Shown here: piece by piece, positions 36,332-45,454 of the stretch | Position numbering within the stretch: the stretch's first letter is position 1 | Layout of the letters: every line of letters begins with the position of its first letter | NCBI GenBank assembly: GCA_044353785.1 | Contig: JBILBH010000006.1 | Coordinates: 7,910 to 71,909 of the forward strand | Length of the DNA stretch: 64,000 bases | Direction of reading: 5' to 3' | Source of the DNA: Terrimicrobiaceae bacterium | Lineage (GTDB): Bacteria > Verrucomicrobiota > Verrucomicrobiia > Chthoniobacterales > Terrimicrobiaceae | Position numbers and translations under genes: made by a program | Notes under the pieces: generated by a model | Database searches by the model: none | Seen by the model: the letters and a program-made list of their open reading frames with translations, nothing else | Told to the model about the DNA's origin: nothing

Positions 36332-38449
36332 ATGCGGAGCCGCGCCGTTCACTGCGGCCTTTATATGCCTATGGATTTCTCGAATAAAAACAATTTCATC
36401 AACCGCGAGTTGAGCTGGCTGGAATTCAACCAGCGGGTGCTCGATCAGGCATTTGACGAAACGAACCCGCTTCTGGAGCGCTTGAAGTTCCTCTGCATCG
36501 TCAGCTCAAATCTGGATGAATTTTTCGAGGTCCGAGTCGCGGGTCTGAAGCAGCAGCAACAGACCGGCTCGACCGATACGGGGCCTGATGGCCTTTCGGC
36601 GGCCGAAACGCTGGCCCGAATCAGCGTGCGTGCCAGAAAGATGGTCGATGACCAATACCGTTGCTGGCGCGAGCACATCGCCCCTGCGCTGCAACAGGAG
36701 AAAATCCGCTTTCACAACTACCCCGATGTTCCGGAGTCCGAGCGGGTGTATTTCGAGAAGTTTTTCCGCGAGACGGTTTATCCTGTTTTAACTCCGCTGG
36801 CGGTGGATCCCGCGCATCCATTTCCGCAGCTCTTGAACAAGAGCCTGAATGTGATTGTGGAGTTGGAGGGCGAGGATTTGAGCACCGACATCGCCGTTGT
36901 GCAGGCACCGCGCATCTTGCCGCGCGTGGTGCCGTTCTCCTCGAAGGTCGATGGCGACGATTATGTTTTTCTTGGAAACATCATCCAGGCACATGTGCAG
37001 TCGCTTTTCCGGGGAGTGAAGGTGAAGGGAACGCACCTTTTCCGTGTCACCCGCAACAGCAACCTTTATGTGGACGAGGAGGAGGCCAGCAATCTGTTGC
37101 ATGCCATCGAGGAGGAGCTTCGAAAGGTCAATCGTGGCGCGGCCGTGCGGTTGGAGGTCAAAGAGGATTGCCCCGACCATGTCCTGCAGCGCTTGCTGGA
37201 GATTTTCAACCTTGAGCAGGAGGATGTATTCCGCATCGATGGTCCTCTCAACTTTTCGCGTCTTATGCCGCTGGCCTTGCAGCTGGACCGTCCCGATCTG
37301 CGCTACAAGCGCTTCACGCCTTGTTCTGTGGTTTCATTGGACACGGAAGCGGATTTGTTTTTTCACATTCGGAAGGGTGACATCCTGCTGCACCATCCGT
37401 ATGACAGCTTCCAGACTGTGGTCGATTTTCTGGCGCAGGCGGCGGAGGATCCCCAGGTGCTGGCGATCAAGCAGACGCTCTACCGCACCAGCTCGGACTC
37501 CCCAATTGTGCAGGCGCTGATCACGGCGGCGAGGAATGGAAAGCAGGTCACGGCAGTCATCGAGTTGAAAGCGCGCTTCGACGAGGCTGCGAACATCCAG
37601 TGGGCGCGCATGATGCGGGAGGCGGGGGTGGATGTTGTCTATGGCGTGACCGGGCTCAAGACCCATGCGAAGGCCATGCTGATCATTCGCAGTGAGGGCG
37701 AGCGCATCCGCCGCTACGCCCACATGGGCACAGGGAACTACCATCCCTCGACTGCGAAAATTTATACCGACCTGAGCCTGCTCACCTGCCGCGAGGAGCT
37801 CACGAGCGAGCTGGCGGAGACTTTTAATTGTCTTACCGGTGTGTCGCGTTTTCCGGTGATGAAGGAGTTGCTGGTCGCTCCCTGGTCGCTTTACGAGGGC
37901 TTTCAGGAACTCATCGAAAACGAAACCGGCCATGCTTGGGCGGGCCGGCCGTGCGGGATTTATGCGAAGGTCAACTCGCTTGTGGAGGAGGGTATCATCG
38001 AAGCACTCTACCGCGCCTCAGCAGCAGGTGTTCCGATTCGACTCCTTGTGCGCGGCATGTGTGCCATCAAGGTGGGCATTCCCGGGGTTAGCGAAAAGAT
38101 CGAAGTCCGCAGTCTTGTCGGGAGGTTTTTGGAGCACAGCCGGGTCTTCCAGTTTGTCAACGGCGGCGAGAACCGCATCCTCTTGGGCAGTTCGGACTGG
38201 ATGCCGCGAAATCTGTTCCGCCGCGTGGAAACGGTCTTCCCTGTGACGGCGCCTGGAATGAAGCAGCATGTGCAGGAGATCTTGGATTGGTTCTGGCGCG
38301 ACAATGTAAAAGTTCAGGTCATGCAGCCTGATGGAACCTATCGTTTTCGCGAGCGCGGTGAGGGCGAAGCTCCCTTCGACGCACAGGCCGAGTTTCTTGC
38401 GGATGCCCAGCGGCGGCGCAAAAACCAGACGAAGACGATCGAGCGCTGA
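36332..38449 (+). CDS. ppk: Polyphosphate kinase 1
   Basis: FINRELSWLEFNQRVLDQA...PLLERLKFLCIVSSNLDEFFEVRVAGL, and the length is typical of PPK1. The start may be the Met at 36365 (MPMDFS). Confidence 0.93.
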   Translation: MRSRAVHCGLYMPMDFSNKNNFINRELSWLEFNQRVLDQAFDETNPLLERLKFLCIVSSNLDEFFEVRVAGLKQQQQTGSTDTGPDGLSAAETLARISVRARKMVDDQYRCWREHIAPALQQEKIRFHNYPDVPESERVYFEKFFRETVYPVLTPLAVDPAHPFPQLLNKSLNVIVELEGEDLSTDIAVVQAPRILPRVVPFSSKVDGDDYVFLGNIIQAHVQSLFRGVKVKGTHLFRVTRNSNLYVDEEEASNLLHAIEEELRKVNRGAAVRLEVKEDCPDHVLQRLLEIFNLEQEDVFRIDGPLNFSRLMPLALQLDRPDLRYKRFTPCSVVSLDTEADLFFHIRKGDILLHHPYDSFQTVVDFLAQAAEDPQVLAIKQTLYRTSSDSPIVQALITAARNGKQVTAVIELKARFDEAANIQWARMMREAGVDVVYGVTGLKTHAKAMLIIRSEGERIRRYAHMGTGNYHPSTAKIYTDLSLLTCREELTSELAETFNCLTGVSRFPVMKELLVAPWSLYEGFQELIENETGHAWAGRPCGIYAKVNSLVEEGIIEALYRASAAGVPIRLLVRGMCAIKVGIPGVSEKIEVRSLVGRFLEHSRVFQFVNGGENRILLGSSDWMPRNLFRRVETVFPVTAPGMKQHVQEILDWFWRDNVKVQVMQPDGTYRFRERGEGEAPFDAQAEFLADAQRRRKNQTKTIER

Positions 38450-38497
38450 GCGCGGGGATATTGCAGTGCAGGCGGGCAATTGGTAGCTTTCCAGCTT

Positions 38498-38818
38498 ATG
38501 CCAAATTACGATTACGAGTGCGAAAAGTGCGGGAAAACCTTTGAGGCGTTTCAGTCCATGAAGGACAAGGCATTTGAAACCTGTCCAGAAGCATCCTGCC
38601 TCATGGAGACATGGGGCAAGGGCAAGGTGCGCCGCCTTCTAGGTACCGGTGCAGGCTTGATCTTCAAAGGCTCCGGATTCTACATCACAGACTACCGTAG
38701 CGAGGGTTACAAACAGGCCGCCAAACAAGATAGCGGCGGCAGTGGCGCGACCAAGACCGAGTCGAAACCCGCTGCGCCCGCAGCTGCTCCAGCTCCGTCC
38801 TCCACTCCCAAGACATGA
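38498..38818 (+). CDS. FmdB-family zinc-ribbon protein
   Basis: MPNYDYECEKCGKTFEAFQSMKDKAFETCPEASC is the hallmark N-terminus of the FmdB/CxxC_CxxC_SSSS family. The tail is low-complexity. Confidence 0.8.
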   Translation: MPNYDYECEKCGKTFEAFQSMKDKAFETCPEASCLMETWGKGKVRRLLGTGAGLIFKGSGFYITDYRSEGYKQAAKQDSGGSGATKTESKPAAPAAAPAPSSTPKT

Positions 38819-39600
38819 AAGTTTGCACCGCCTGCAACACAGAGAACGACGACACGCGCGTCTTTTGTCTGCATTGCGGGCAGCGTCTTACCCAGTCCGT
38901 ATTGGTGGCATCAGTTGGCGTCAAGCAAGCTCCTGTGGGGGCGTCTGCTCCGCCCCTGCCCTCGTCAAAGCCGGTAAAAAAACAAATTCCCGGCAAGCCT
39001 TTGAACACGGCTCGAAATTTATTCAGTCTGTTTTGGAATCTCCTTTTCTGGGCAGTTTTCGCTGGGATGGTTTTCGGCATTTATCTCATTTCCCAGGCGC
39101 CTGCTGCCTTACGACCCGCTGTGAAAAAGGATTCTACCGCCTCTGTTGCGCTGGCCTCTTTTTTAAAAAAAGCCTCCACTACGCCGGGCGGGGCTTGGAT
39201 GGGTAGCGAGGATGCGATTAACAACTTCCTTTTGGAAAATGTAAAACTCGTTCCTGTAAAAACGGCTTTGGGCATTCACACGGAGTTCAAGCGTTGCTTC
39301 GTCGAACTGGGCGAGGGGCGTCTGGATTTTGTTATGGAGCAATCTCTCGAAGACTATCCGCTCTACTTCTCGCTGCAGCTTGAACCATACTCTCAAAATG
39401 GTGATTTGAAGGTTCGCGTGATTGGAGCCTCGCTTGGCCAGTTGCCCGTTCCCTCTCTTGTTGCGCCCCATATTCTGGCGATTTGGCGGCCGTGCTTTGA
39501 CTCGCTGGGGGCTGTTTTGGAAACCCTGGATTCCGCCAGTTCCGCCTCGGTCACTCCTAAAAGCCTGGTTGTGCGATGGCCTGGAAAAAGCGACTCCTGA
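38815..39600 (+). CDS. Zinc-ribbon membrane protein, function unknown
   Basis: N-terminal CTACNTENDDTRVFCLHCG (CxxC...CxxC), one transmembrane segment (LFSLFWNLLFWAVFAGMVFGIYLI), then a ~160-aa extracytoplasmic domain. The ATGA overlap with the upstream stop is at 38815-38818. Confidence 0.6.
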   Translation: MKVCTACNTENDDTRVFCLHCGQRLTQSVLVASVGVKQAPVGASAPPLPSSKPVKKQIPGKPLNTARNLFSLFWNLLFWAVFAGMVFGIYLISQAPAALRPAVKKDSTASVALASFLKKASTTPGGAWMGSEDAINNFLLENVKLVPVKTALGIHTEFKRCFVELGEGRLDFVMEQSLEDYPLYFSLQLEPYSQNGDLKVRVIGASLGQLPVPSLVAPHILAIWRPCFDSLGAVLETLDSASSASVTPKSLVVRWPGKSDS

Positions 39601-40841
39601 TCTTGCTGGCTGCAGGAGTTCCTCTCCTTCCCGCCGAGCCGACGCGTGTTGCCAAGGCTTCGCTTGCGGCCTCCTCATCAAGCCGGAGTGGGGCATTCAT
39701 TGCCTTCTCCCAAGACCGCGACCTTCGAAACAGAATGCTTCGCGCGGCCGACGCCGCACTGCTTGAGTGGGAAAAAATCCATGAGACCAATGCGGGCGCC
39801 GCGTCGCCGATTATTCTCAACGACAAAACCCGCTCGGCCATTCCAAGGGGCGGGGGCACCGTTGTGCCGTTGATTTTTGAGACAGAGGCCGGCATGAAGG
39901 TGCAGGTCGATGTCTACGATGAAGCCGCGCTTCGCAGCGGAGGCTTCGATGCGGGAGTCCTCTCAGCCCTTGCGCTCCACGCCATGCATCGTGATCAGCC
40001 TCCACGCGCGGGGAAGGCCTTTGCGCTGCCGCCTCCATGGTTCATTGAAGGGCTTGCCGAGGAGGTGCGCCGCTCGCGGGATGGGGCACCGGACGGGGTC
40101 TACTCGGCCCTCATCCAGAGCGGGCCACCGCCGGAGTTAGACGCGTTTTTTCGGCAGAAACCGGAAATCCTCGATGCGGCTTCGATTATTCTCTACCGCG
40201 CCCAAGCTGTGTCGCTCTTGCGGGTGTTAAAAAAAGCGGATGGGTCGAAAAAAAGCTTTGTCACCTTGTTTGCGGATCCCTCATTTCCCAGAGGCGGGGA
40301 GAATCCGATTCTCTCAGCGTTCCCCCGGCTCGGTTCGCGAAGTGAACTTTCCAAACTTTGGACGCTGGATATCGCGCACAGTTCGCTGCCGCCGCGCATG
40401 GCCTCGCTCACCGTAGGGAAGAGTGAACGCGAGTTGGCGGACCTTTTACAATCTGTCAATGGCGGGCAGAGCCTCTCGGAAGCAGCCAAGTCGAAGGGGG
40501 GAGCTTTTCTCATGCGGGAATGCGTCGTGCGGCTTTTCAACCTGGAATTTCGCGCGCATCCACTCTTCCAGCCGGTCTTGGAGCAGTATCGAAACATCGC
40601 CTCGCTGCTCGCCAAAAAGCCGAAGGCTGCGGTCTCGGCCAAAATCCAGGAAATGGAGCGCGCGCGTGCGCTTCTTGTCGAGCGCTCGGAAAAAATTGCG
40701 GACTACTTGAATTGGTTTGAAGTTACACAGCTTGATGCAGTGGAGAATCCAGCCTTTCAGCCATCGGGATCGCCGACTGACATGCCGCGCAATAATCCTT
40801 ATTCATTGTATCTTGATAGTCTTGAAGCGAGAGGTTGGTGA
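39576..40841 (+). CDS. Secreted hypothetical protein (possible degenerate MA-clan peptidase-like fold)
   Basis: Signal peptide MAWKKRLLILLAAGVPLLPA. LALHAMHRD...LPPPWFIEGLAEEV weakly recalls the HExxH...W..EGLA layout of DUF1570-type peptidases, but the catalytic Glu is absent. It overlaps the upstream gene by 25 nt. Confidence 0.5.
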   Translation: MAWKKRLLILLAAGVPLLPAEPTRVAKASLAASSSSRSGAFIAFSQDRDLRNRMLRAADAALLEWEKIHETNAGAASPIILNDKTRSAIPRGGGTVVPLIFETEAGMKVQVDVYDEAALRSGGFDAGVLSALALHAMHRDQPPRAGKAFALPPPWFIEGLAEEVRRSRDGAPDGVYSALIQSGPPPELDAFFRQKPEILDAASIILYRAQAVSLLRVLKKADGSKKSFVTLFADPSFPRGGENPILSAFPRLGSRSELSKLWTLDIAHSSLPPRMASLTVGKSERELADLLQSVNGGQSLSEAAKSKGGAFLMRECVVRLFNLEFRAHPLFQPVLEQYRNIASLLAKKPKAAVSAKIQEMERARALLVERSEKIADYLNWFEVTQLDAVENPAFQPSGSPTDMPRNNPYSLYLDSLEARGW

Positions 40842-40898
40842 TTTTTTTCATGAAAATGAAATTGAACAGACGGGTGGCTCTTATTAAACTTTAGGTAA

Positions 40899-41300
40899 AT
40901 GAAAACCTCCCCGTCCAAAACCGCTCTCGAAATAACCATCGTTGAGACGCGGTCATTCATTCAAGACGGCGTGCAACAGTCTTCCGAAGTCCGCGAAATT
41001 CCTCTTGAAGCGTCCATCGACGAGTTTCTGCTCAAGCTTGGTCAATCAAACGCCCATGTCTTGGGGGTTGTGATCCAGTTGCTGACCCGCACTAAGGTTC
41101 GCGTTGATTTTCGTGATTACACACTTCGTTTGGAACTGGCTGCGGGCGAAAATCCCATGGAGCGCTCGGAAGCCGTGGCTGTTTTTGATGATTATATCAA
41201 ACGCCACAAAAATCCCGACGGTGAGCGTTCAGCTGATGTGACGCAAAAAATCATGGTTCAAGCCCCGAGGGTTTCCCTTCCCAGGCCGGGCCAGCGTTGA
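40899..41300 (+). CDS. Hypothetical protein
   Basis: 133-aa ORF with protein-like composition and no overlapping competitor. I recognise no motif. Confidence 0.45.
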   Translation: MKTSPSKTALEITIVETRSFIQDGVQQSSEVREIPLEASIDEFLLKLGQSNAHVLGVVIQLLTRTKVRVDFRDYTLRLELAAGENPMERSEAVAVFDDYIKRHKNPDGERSADVTQKIMVQAPRVSLPRPGQR

Positions 41301-41303
41301 GTT

Positions 41304-43424
41304 TCAAGCTCCGGTGCCTGTGCGGCCGGCGAGTTCGTCGCGGCGGGATGTTTGGATTTCTTTCTCGAGGGCTTGACGCGCGTTCTGGCGGTTTTTGAGT
41401 TCTTGCATGAGTGCGGATTGCAGGGTTTCGCGATCCTTCAGCAAGGTTACGACCTCGTCGCGCGCCTGAACGATGAACGGCTCCACGGCTTTGGCTTCAG
41501 GGCTTTCGGGGGACTGTGTGAGGAGGGGCTCAAAGGGTTTCACTGCCTCGCCAAGCCAGTGGATGACACAATCCGCGCGTCTCGCGGCGGCCAAGTTGTT
41601 TGAAAGCGCGATATCACTGGCAGCGATTTTTCTCAAGTAATCGATCGCTTCGTTTGCCGTGGGTGTGAGAACGGCGACTTGGTAGGAACTTGAGGAAGGG
41701 CCTCGCGATTCATCCGGCGGATTCACAGGAATGGCTCTGGCGACCTGCGGTTCTTTTTGGGGAGCGGGTGCAGGTGCTGGAGTCTCCTGCGGCGTCGCTT
41801 GTGGGGGGGCTTGCGGCGGGGGGATAACGGCAATTGCGGAGGGTTTGGGCGGTTGAGGTGGCGGGGTGGCTGAGGCCATGGGAGTCGGAGCGGGTTGCTC
41901 CGCCATGAGGGGCTGTGGGGTTTGTGTGGCAGCGGGCTCAGGCTTCGGAGGTTCAGGGGTGGGAGCCTGGGCAAGATCAACGACGGGCGGGATATCCAAT
42001 GGCTCGCTGTCGAGCAGTGGAGGTGCAGGCTTGGTCAGGAGAGGAGTTGGTGCAGTGGCTTCAGGTTTGGTGATGCGTGCGGGAGGGAGGACGGGTTCTG
42101 GAGTGTCCGGCGGCTCGTATTTGGCGGCGTTTTCAGCCTGAGGAGGGAGACCCAGGTCATTGAGGAGGTCGTTCGTTTCGTCCGGGGCGGGGGGGCTTGG
42201 AGCGTTCGAGAGGAGGGCGTTTCCTGCTGGCTCGAAGGACATCTCCGGCAGGGGGGTATCGAAATCCACTTTCTGTATCTCCGCAAATAGAGCGGCGTTT
42301 GATGCTTTCTTTTTTTTGCTGACGCGAATGAAGCGCGGGTCCTCCCATTGGCCGAGAAAGCGGCTGGGATCATGGAAGAGGGGCGGGGCTTTGCCTGGCG
42401 AGAAGCGGCGGGGATCGCTGATGGCGCGCTGCATGAGGTCGCCGGAGAGTTTGAGGTCTGAACCTGGGGCGGTTTTTCTGAGCTGGTCGGCGAGGTAGGG
42501 CAGCGTGCGGACGGCGAATCCCTTGAAGGGGTTTTGCACATTGGCGCGGGGATTTTCCGCTTTGAAATTTTGGATGGCCTGGAGGCTGCCGCCCGAGAGG
42601 ATGTTGCTCAGGTTGACTCGCAGGGGAGGAACGGATGTCCGGGCGGCTGTGCCTGCGATCGGGCTGTATTGGCGCGGAGGGAGGCTGTCGAGGAGGGCGA
42701 AGTAGTCGAGTTGCCCGTTGCGGCCGCCTTGTTGGACGAGGTGGTGGTAAAGGTCGTCCATGCGGCCGGCATAGGGACGGAGAAAAATGCCGTCTGTGAC
42801 CAGATTCCCACCCACATCTGCGGCGTAGATGCGGTTGAAGAGACTTTGGAGTTCGGCGAAATTTTGCGAAGACCATCCCTCGCTGCGTGACGAGTCGAGA
42901 GCCTGTGCGCGGGCGGGTTCGAGGGGGACGATCCGTGCGGGAAGTTCGCGGTCGAGTGCGATGGGGCGCCCGCCGAGTCCAATGATGGCATCGATATTGC
43001 GGAAGTTGCCGCCGGTGAGTCGGGAACCATCGAAATTCAATGTATCGGCGGGCGGGAATTGGGAGGCTGCTGCAGCCTGCTCGCTGGGGTCGGGATTTTC
43101 TGCCAGAAAAATGTCGGCGAGCCGGTTCAGAGTCGATGGCTGGAGGCGGGGAAGGATGCGGTCGAATTTCGTGAGAAGGATGATGGAAAGGCCGGCCTGA
43201 GTGGTGCGCTGACGCTCGGAATCTGGAAAATCTCTTGCAGCGCGGGCGAGGGCGGTAGCAGTCGCAGCAGATTGTTGCAGGACCGGGACAGCCTGTTCCT
43301 GCGGCACGGTGGCATTTGCTGCACGGAGGTGAGTGCTGGCGAAGATGAGAGTCAAAATGACAACCAAAGCGAGATTGCCCGTCTTTTTTTCAATCTCGCT
43401 GAATCTCGGGAGAGATTTTGTCAT
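41304..43424 (-). CDS. Membrane-anchored 706-aa protein with long Pro/Ala/Thr-rich linker, function unknown (last gene of the flagellar strand)
   Basis: N-terminal anchor NLALVVILTLIFASTHLRA, a ~380-aa globular region, a ~180-aa proline-rich linker (PAPTP, PPQAPPQATPQETPAPAPAP), and a C-terminal coiled-coil-like ~130 aa. It starts 42 nt after the orf96 stop. Confidence 0.6.
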   Translation of the reverse strand: MTKSLPRFSEIEKKTGNLALVVILTLIFASTHLRAANATVPQEQAVPVLQQSAATATALARAARDFPDSERQRTTQAGLSIILLTKFDRILPRLQPSTLNRLADIFLAENPDPSEQAAAASQFPPADTLNFDGSRLTGGNFRNIDAIIGLGGRPIALDRELPARIVPLEPARAQALDSSRSEGWSSQNFAELQSLFNRIYAADVGGNLVTDGIFLRPYAGRMDDLYHHLVQQGGRNGQLDYFALLDSLPPRQYSPIAGTAARTSVPPLRVNLSNILSGGSLQAIQNFKAENPRANVQNPFKGFAVRTLPYLADQLRKTAPGSDLKLSGDLMQRAISDPRRFSPGKAPPLFHDPSRFLGQWEDPRFIRVSKKKKASNAALFAEIQKVDFDTPLPEMSFEPAGNALLSNAPSPPAPDETNDLLNDLGLPPQAENAAKYEPPDTPEPVLPPARITKPEATAPTPLLTKPAPPLLDSEPLDIPPVVDLAQAPTPEPPKPEPAATQTPQPLMAEQPAPTPMASATPPPQPPKPSAIAVIPPPQAPPQATPQETPAPAPAPQKEPQVARAIPVNPPDESRGPSSSSYQVAVLTPTANEAIDYLRKIAASDIALSNNLAAARRADCVIHWLGEAVKPFEPLLTQSPESPEAKAVEPFIVQARDEVVTLLKDRETLQSALMQELKNRQNARQALEKEIQTSRRDELAGRTGTGA

Positions 43425-43466
43425 CTCAATGGAAGGTCAGACAGCCCGCCTGCTGGCGGCAAGGGG

Positions 43467-43757
43467 TCAGTAGTTGCACTGCAGGGTGATTTTTTCCCCG
43501 CAGGCGCATGTGATGACGATATGGCCGATGCGGCCGACGCTATCCGGGACGAGTTCGAGCTGGGGAGCGGAGGAACCTTGAGTCGTGATGGACTCGGGGA
43601 GTGGTTCGCTGTCGAGCGCGATGTCGGAGAGGTTGATGCTATCCGGGTGGATATGGGGCGTGTTAATCGGCGGCAGGGGAGTTGTCGCTACCGGGGACTC
43701 CGCGCGGCGGTTGGATCCGCCTCCGGCGAGCGAACGGCCTTGGAGAAAATCCTTCAT
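43467..43757 (-). CDS. Small 96-aa protein with C-terminal Cys motif, translationally coupled to motB
   Basis: The ATG at 43757-43755 overlaps the motB TGA at 43756-43754 (ATGA). The C-terminus is GHIVITCACGEKITLQCNY. I recognise no family. Confidence 0.5.
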   Translation of the reverse strand: MKDFLQGRSLAGGGSNRRAESPVATTPLPPINTPHIHPDSINLSDIALDSEPLPESITTQGSSAPQLELVPDSVGRIGHIVITCACGEKITLQCNY

Positions 43758-44539
43758 CGGGCGGTGGGATTAGGAGTTGCTGGAGCGGCTCCGGGGCTCG
43801 GAGCCGGTGCAGGCGCGGGGGCTGTTTGCGTAAGCGAGAGGCTAACGGTGATGCGCTGGTTGTCTTCCGAGTCTGCGGGGACATTCGGGAGCGGTTGGGA
43901 ATCCCCGCAGCCGGCGATGCGTTTCATTTTTTCCGGCGTCATGGCATAAAATTCCATGAGACGGCGGGCGGCATTGGCCCGGTCGGTGCTGAGTTCCCAA
44001 GGTGTGTAGTTTTTATTGGGTCCCAGATCGAGTCCCTTGGGCGTATGACCTTCGAGATAAACCTGAAAATTGTAGCGCTGGATAAGCCAAGAAAGGTTTT
44101 GAAAAACGAAGTTGCCCCATTCGGTGAATTCTGTGGTGTTGTCCTTGAAGAGCGGCTTCTTCGTGCGGTTGTAGATTTCCATTTTCAGCCCTTCGTCAGT
44201 GATGGTGATGTCGATGGGCCTGTTCTCTTCGTTGTTGACATTGAGGAGTCGGTTGAAATCCCGCGCGATGGCGCGGAGGAAGCCTTGATTCTCGGTGTGG
44301 GTCTGGTCGTTGAGCGAGGCATCTTTGCGGGTGGCTTGGATTTCCTTCTCCATGACGCCCCAAGTGGTAGGCCAGTTTTTGTTCGTGGGATCCTTGAAGT
44401 AGAGCGATGTGTAAACAAGGATCTCCGGCTTGAAGTTGGCAATCCACAGAACGAGGAAGAGAGCCATCATGGAGGTGACAAAGTCCGCGTAGGCGACTTT
44501 CCACGCTCCGCCGTGGTGTTCGTGTTTTTTCTTGGCCAT
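43754..44539 (-). CDS. motB: Flagellar stator protein MotB (OmpA-like peptidoglycan-binding C-terminus)
   Basis: N-terminus MAKKKHEHHGGAWKVAYADFVTSMMALFLVLW contains the conserved plug/TM Asp. The C-terminal block is ELSTDRANAARRLM. Confidence 0.88.
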   Translation of the reverse strand: MAKKKHEHHGGAWKVAYADFVTSMMALFLVLWIANFKPEILVYTSLYFKDPTNKNWPTTWGVMEKEIQATRKDASLNDQTHTENQGFLRAIARDFNRLLNVNNEENRPIDITITDEGLKMEIYNRTKKPLFKDNTTEFTEWGNFVFQNLSWLIQRYNFQVYLEGHTPKGLDLGPNKNYTPWELSTDRANAARRLMEFYAMTPEKMKRIAGCGDSQPLPNVPADSEDNQRITVSLSLTQTAPAPAPAPSPGAAPATPNPTAR

Positions 44540-44544
44540 GGGGG

Positions 44545-45411
44545 TTAGTTGGCTGGCGTTCCGGTATTTTTGACCATTTCTTCGACTGCTTCCGCTGTGG
44601 GTTGGAAGGCGGGATCAATGGCGCGACGGGCGGCCTCGATGGCCATGATCGGTGCCATGCCGCCAGTGAAGCCGAGGACGCCCTTCATGATGACCGCATA
44701 GTATTGGAGTTCGTAAACATTGTTGAGCTTGATGCGGGCAGCGAGGGGGTTGATGAACCCGTAGGCTCCAAGCACGCCGAGAAAGGTTCCGACGAGGGCT
44801 GCCGCGACCTTCTGGCCGACTTTTTCGGGGCCCATGGCGATTGCCGCCATGGTGTTGATGATGCCCATAACTGCGGCCACGATACCGATGCCTGGCAGGG
44901 AGTCTCCGACGAGGTTGAGGATGTGGATCGGTTGGACGGCATCCTCTTCCTTGGCTTCGAAGTCGGCATGGAGTAGGCTGCCGAGTTGCTCTGGCTTGAG
45001 GCGGCCATCGATGACAGGTTTCAAGCTGTTCGTAAGGAATTCCAAGCGTTCATGGTCGTTGATGAAGGAAGGGTATTTCGAGAGAATGGGGCTCTCCTTG
45101 GGAGACATGATGTCGTCTTCAATTGCGATCAAACCGCCTCGGCGGGCTTTGCTGAAGAGTTCGTAAAGGAGCTTCAGGAGGTCGGTGTAATCGGATGTCG
45201 GAACGGCCTGGTTGCGGAAGGCTATCTTGATTTTTTTGACTATGTTTTTCAGCAGCGAGACCGGGCTGGCGATGACCATGAGGCCGATCGAAATGCCGAT
45301 GATGATGACATATTCCGAGATCGGGAAGAGCAGGCCGATTTTGCCTCCGGCCATCATGAAGCCGCCGAGCGTCGAACCGAGAACGATAATGTAACCTATT
45401 ATGAGGATCAT
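44545..45411 (-). CDS. motA: Flagellar stator protein MotA
   Basis: 288 aa with four TM segments, a cytoplasmic loop, and the C-terminal GIVAAVMGIINTM...ALVGTFLGVL...P block typical of the MotA/TolQ/ExbB family. It is adjacent to motB. Confidence 0.9.
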   Translation of the reverse strand: MILIIGYIIVLGSTLGGFMMAGGKIGLLFPISEYVIIIGISIGLMVIASPVSLLKNIVKKIKIAFRNQAVPTSDYTDLLKLLYELFSKARRGGLIAIEDDIMSPKESPILSKYPSFINDHERLEFLTNSLKPVIDGRLKPEQLGSLLHADFEAKEEDAVQPIHILNLVGDSLPGIGIVAAVMGIINTMAAIAMGPEKVGQKVAAALVGTFLGVLGAYGFINPLAARIKLNNVYELQYYAVIMKGVLGFTGGMAPIMAIEAARRAIDPAFQPTAEAVEEMVKNTGTPAN

Positions 45412-45454
45412 GGGTGGTGGATGGTTGTTTTGTTTTTCTTAGAATGGTGAAGAG

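Noticed and set aside
41720-42150. Possible tandem-repeat or CRISPR-like array in the proline-rich part of the 706-aa gene
   Set aside because: The repetition is compositional at the protein level (PAP, PPQ, TPQ). It has no fixed nucleotide period and no repeat-spacer structure. I saw no CRISPR array anywhere in the window.
43059-44548. 296-aa and 288-aa plus-strand ORFs opposite orf96 and motB
   Set aside because: They are antisense to the motB frame, which has the canonical MotB N-terminus and OmpA-like C-terminus. They are Gly/Arg/Val-rich shadow ORFs.
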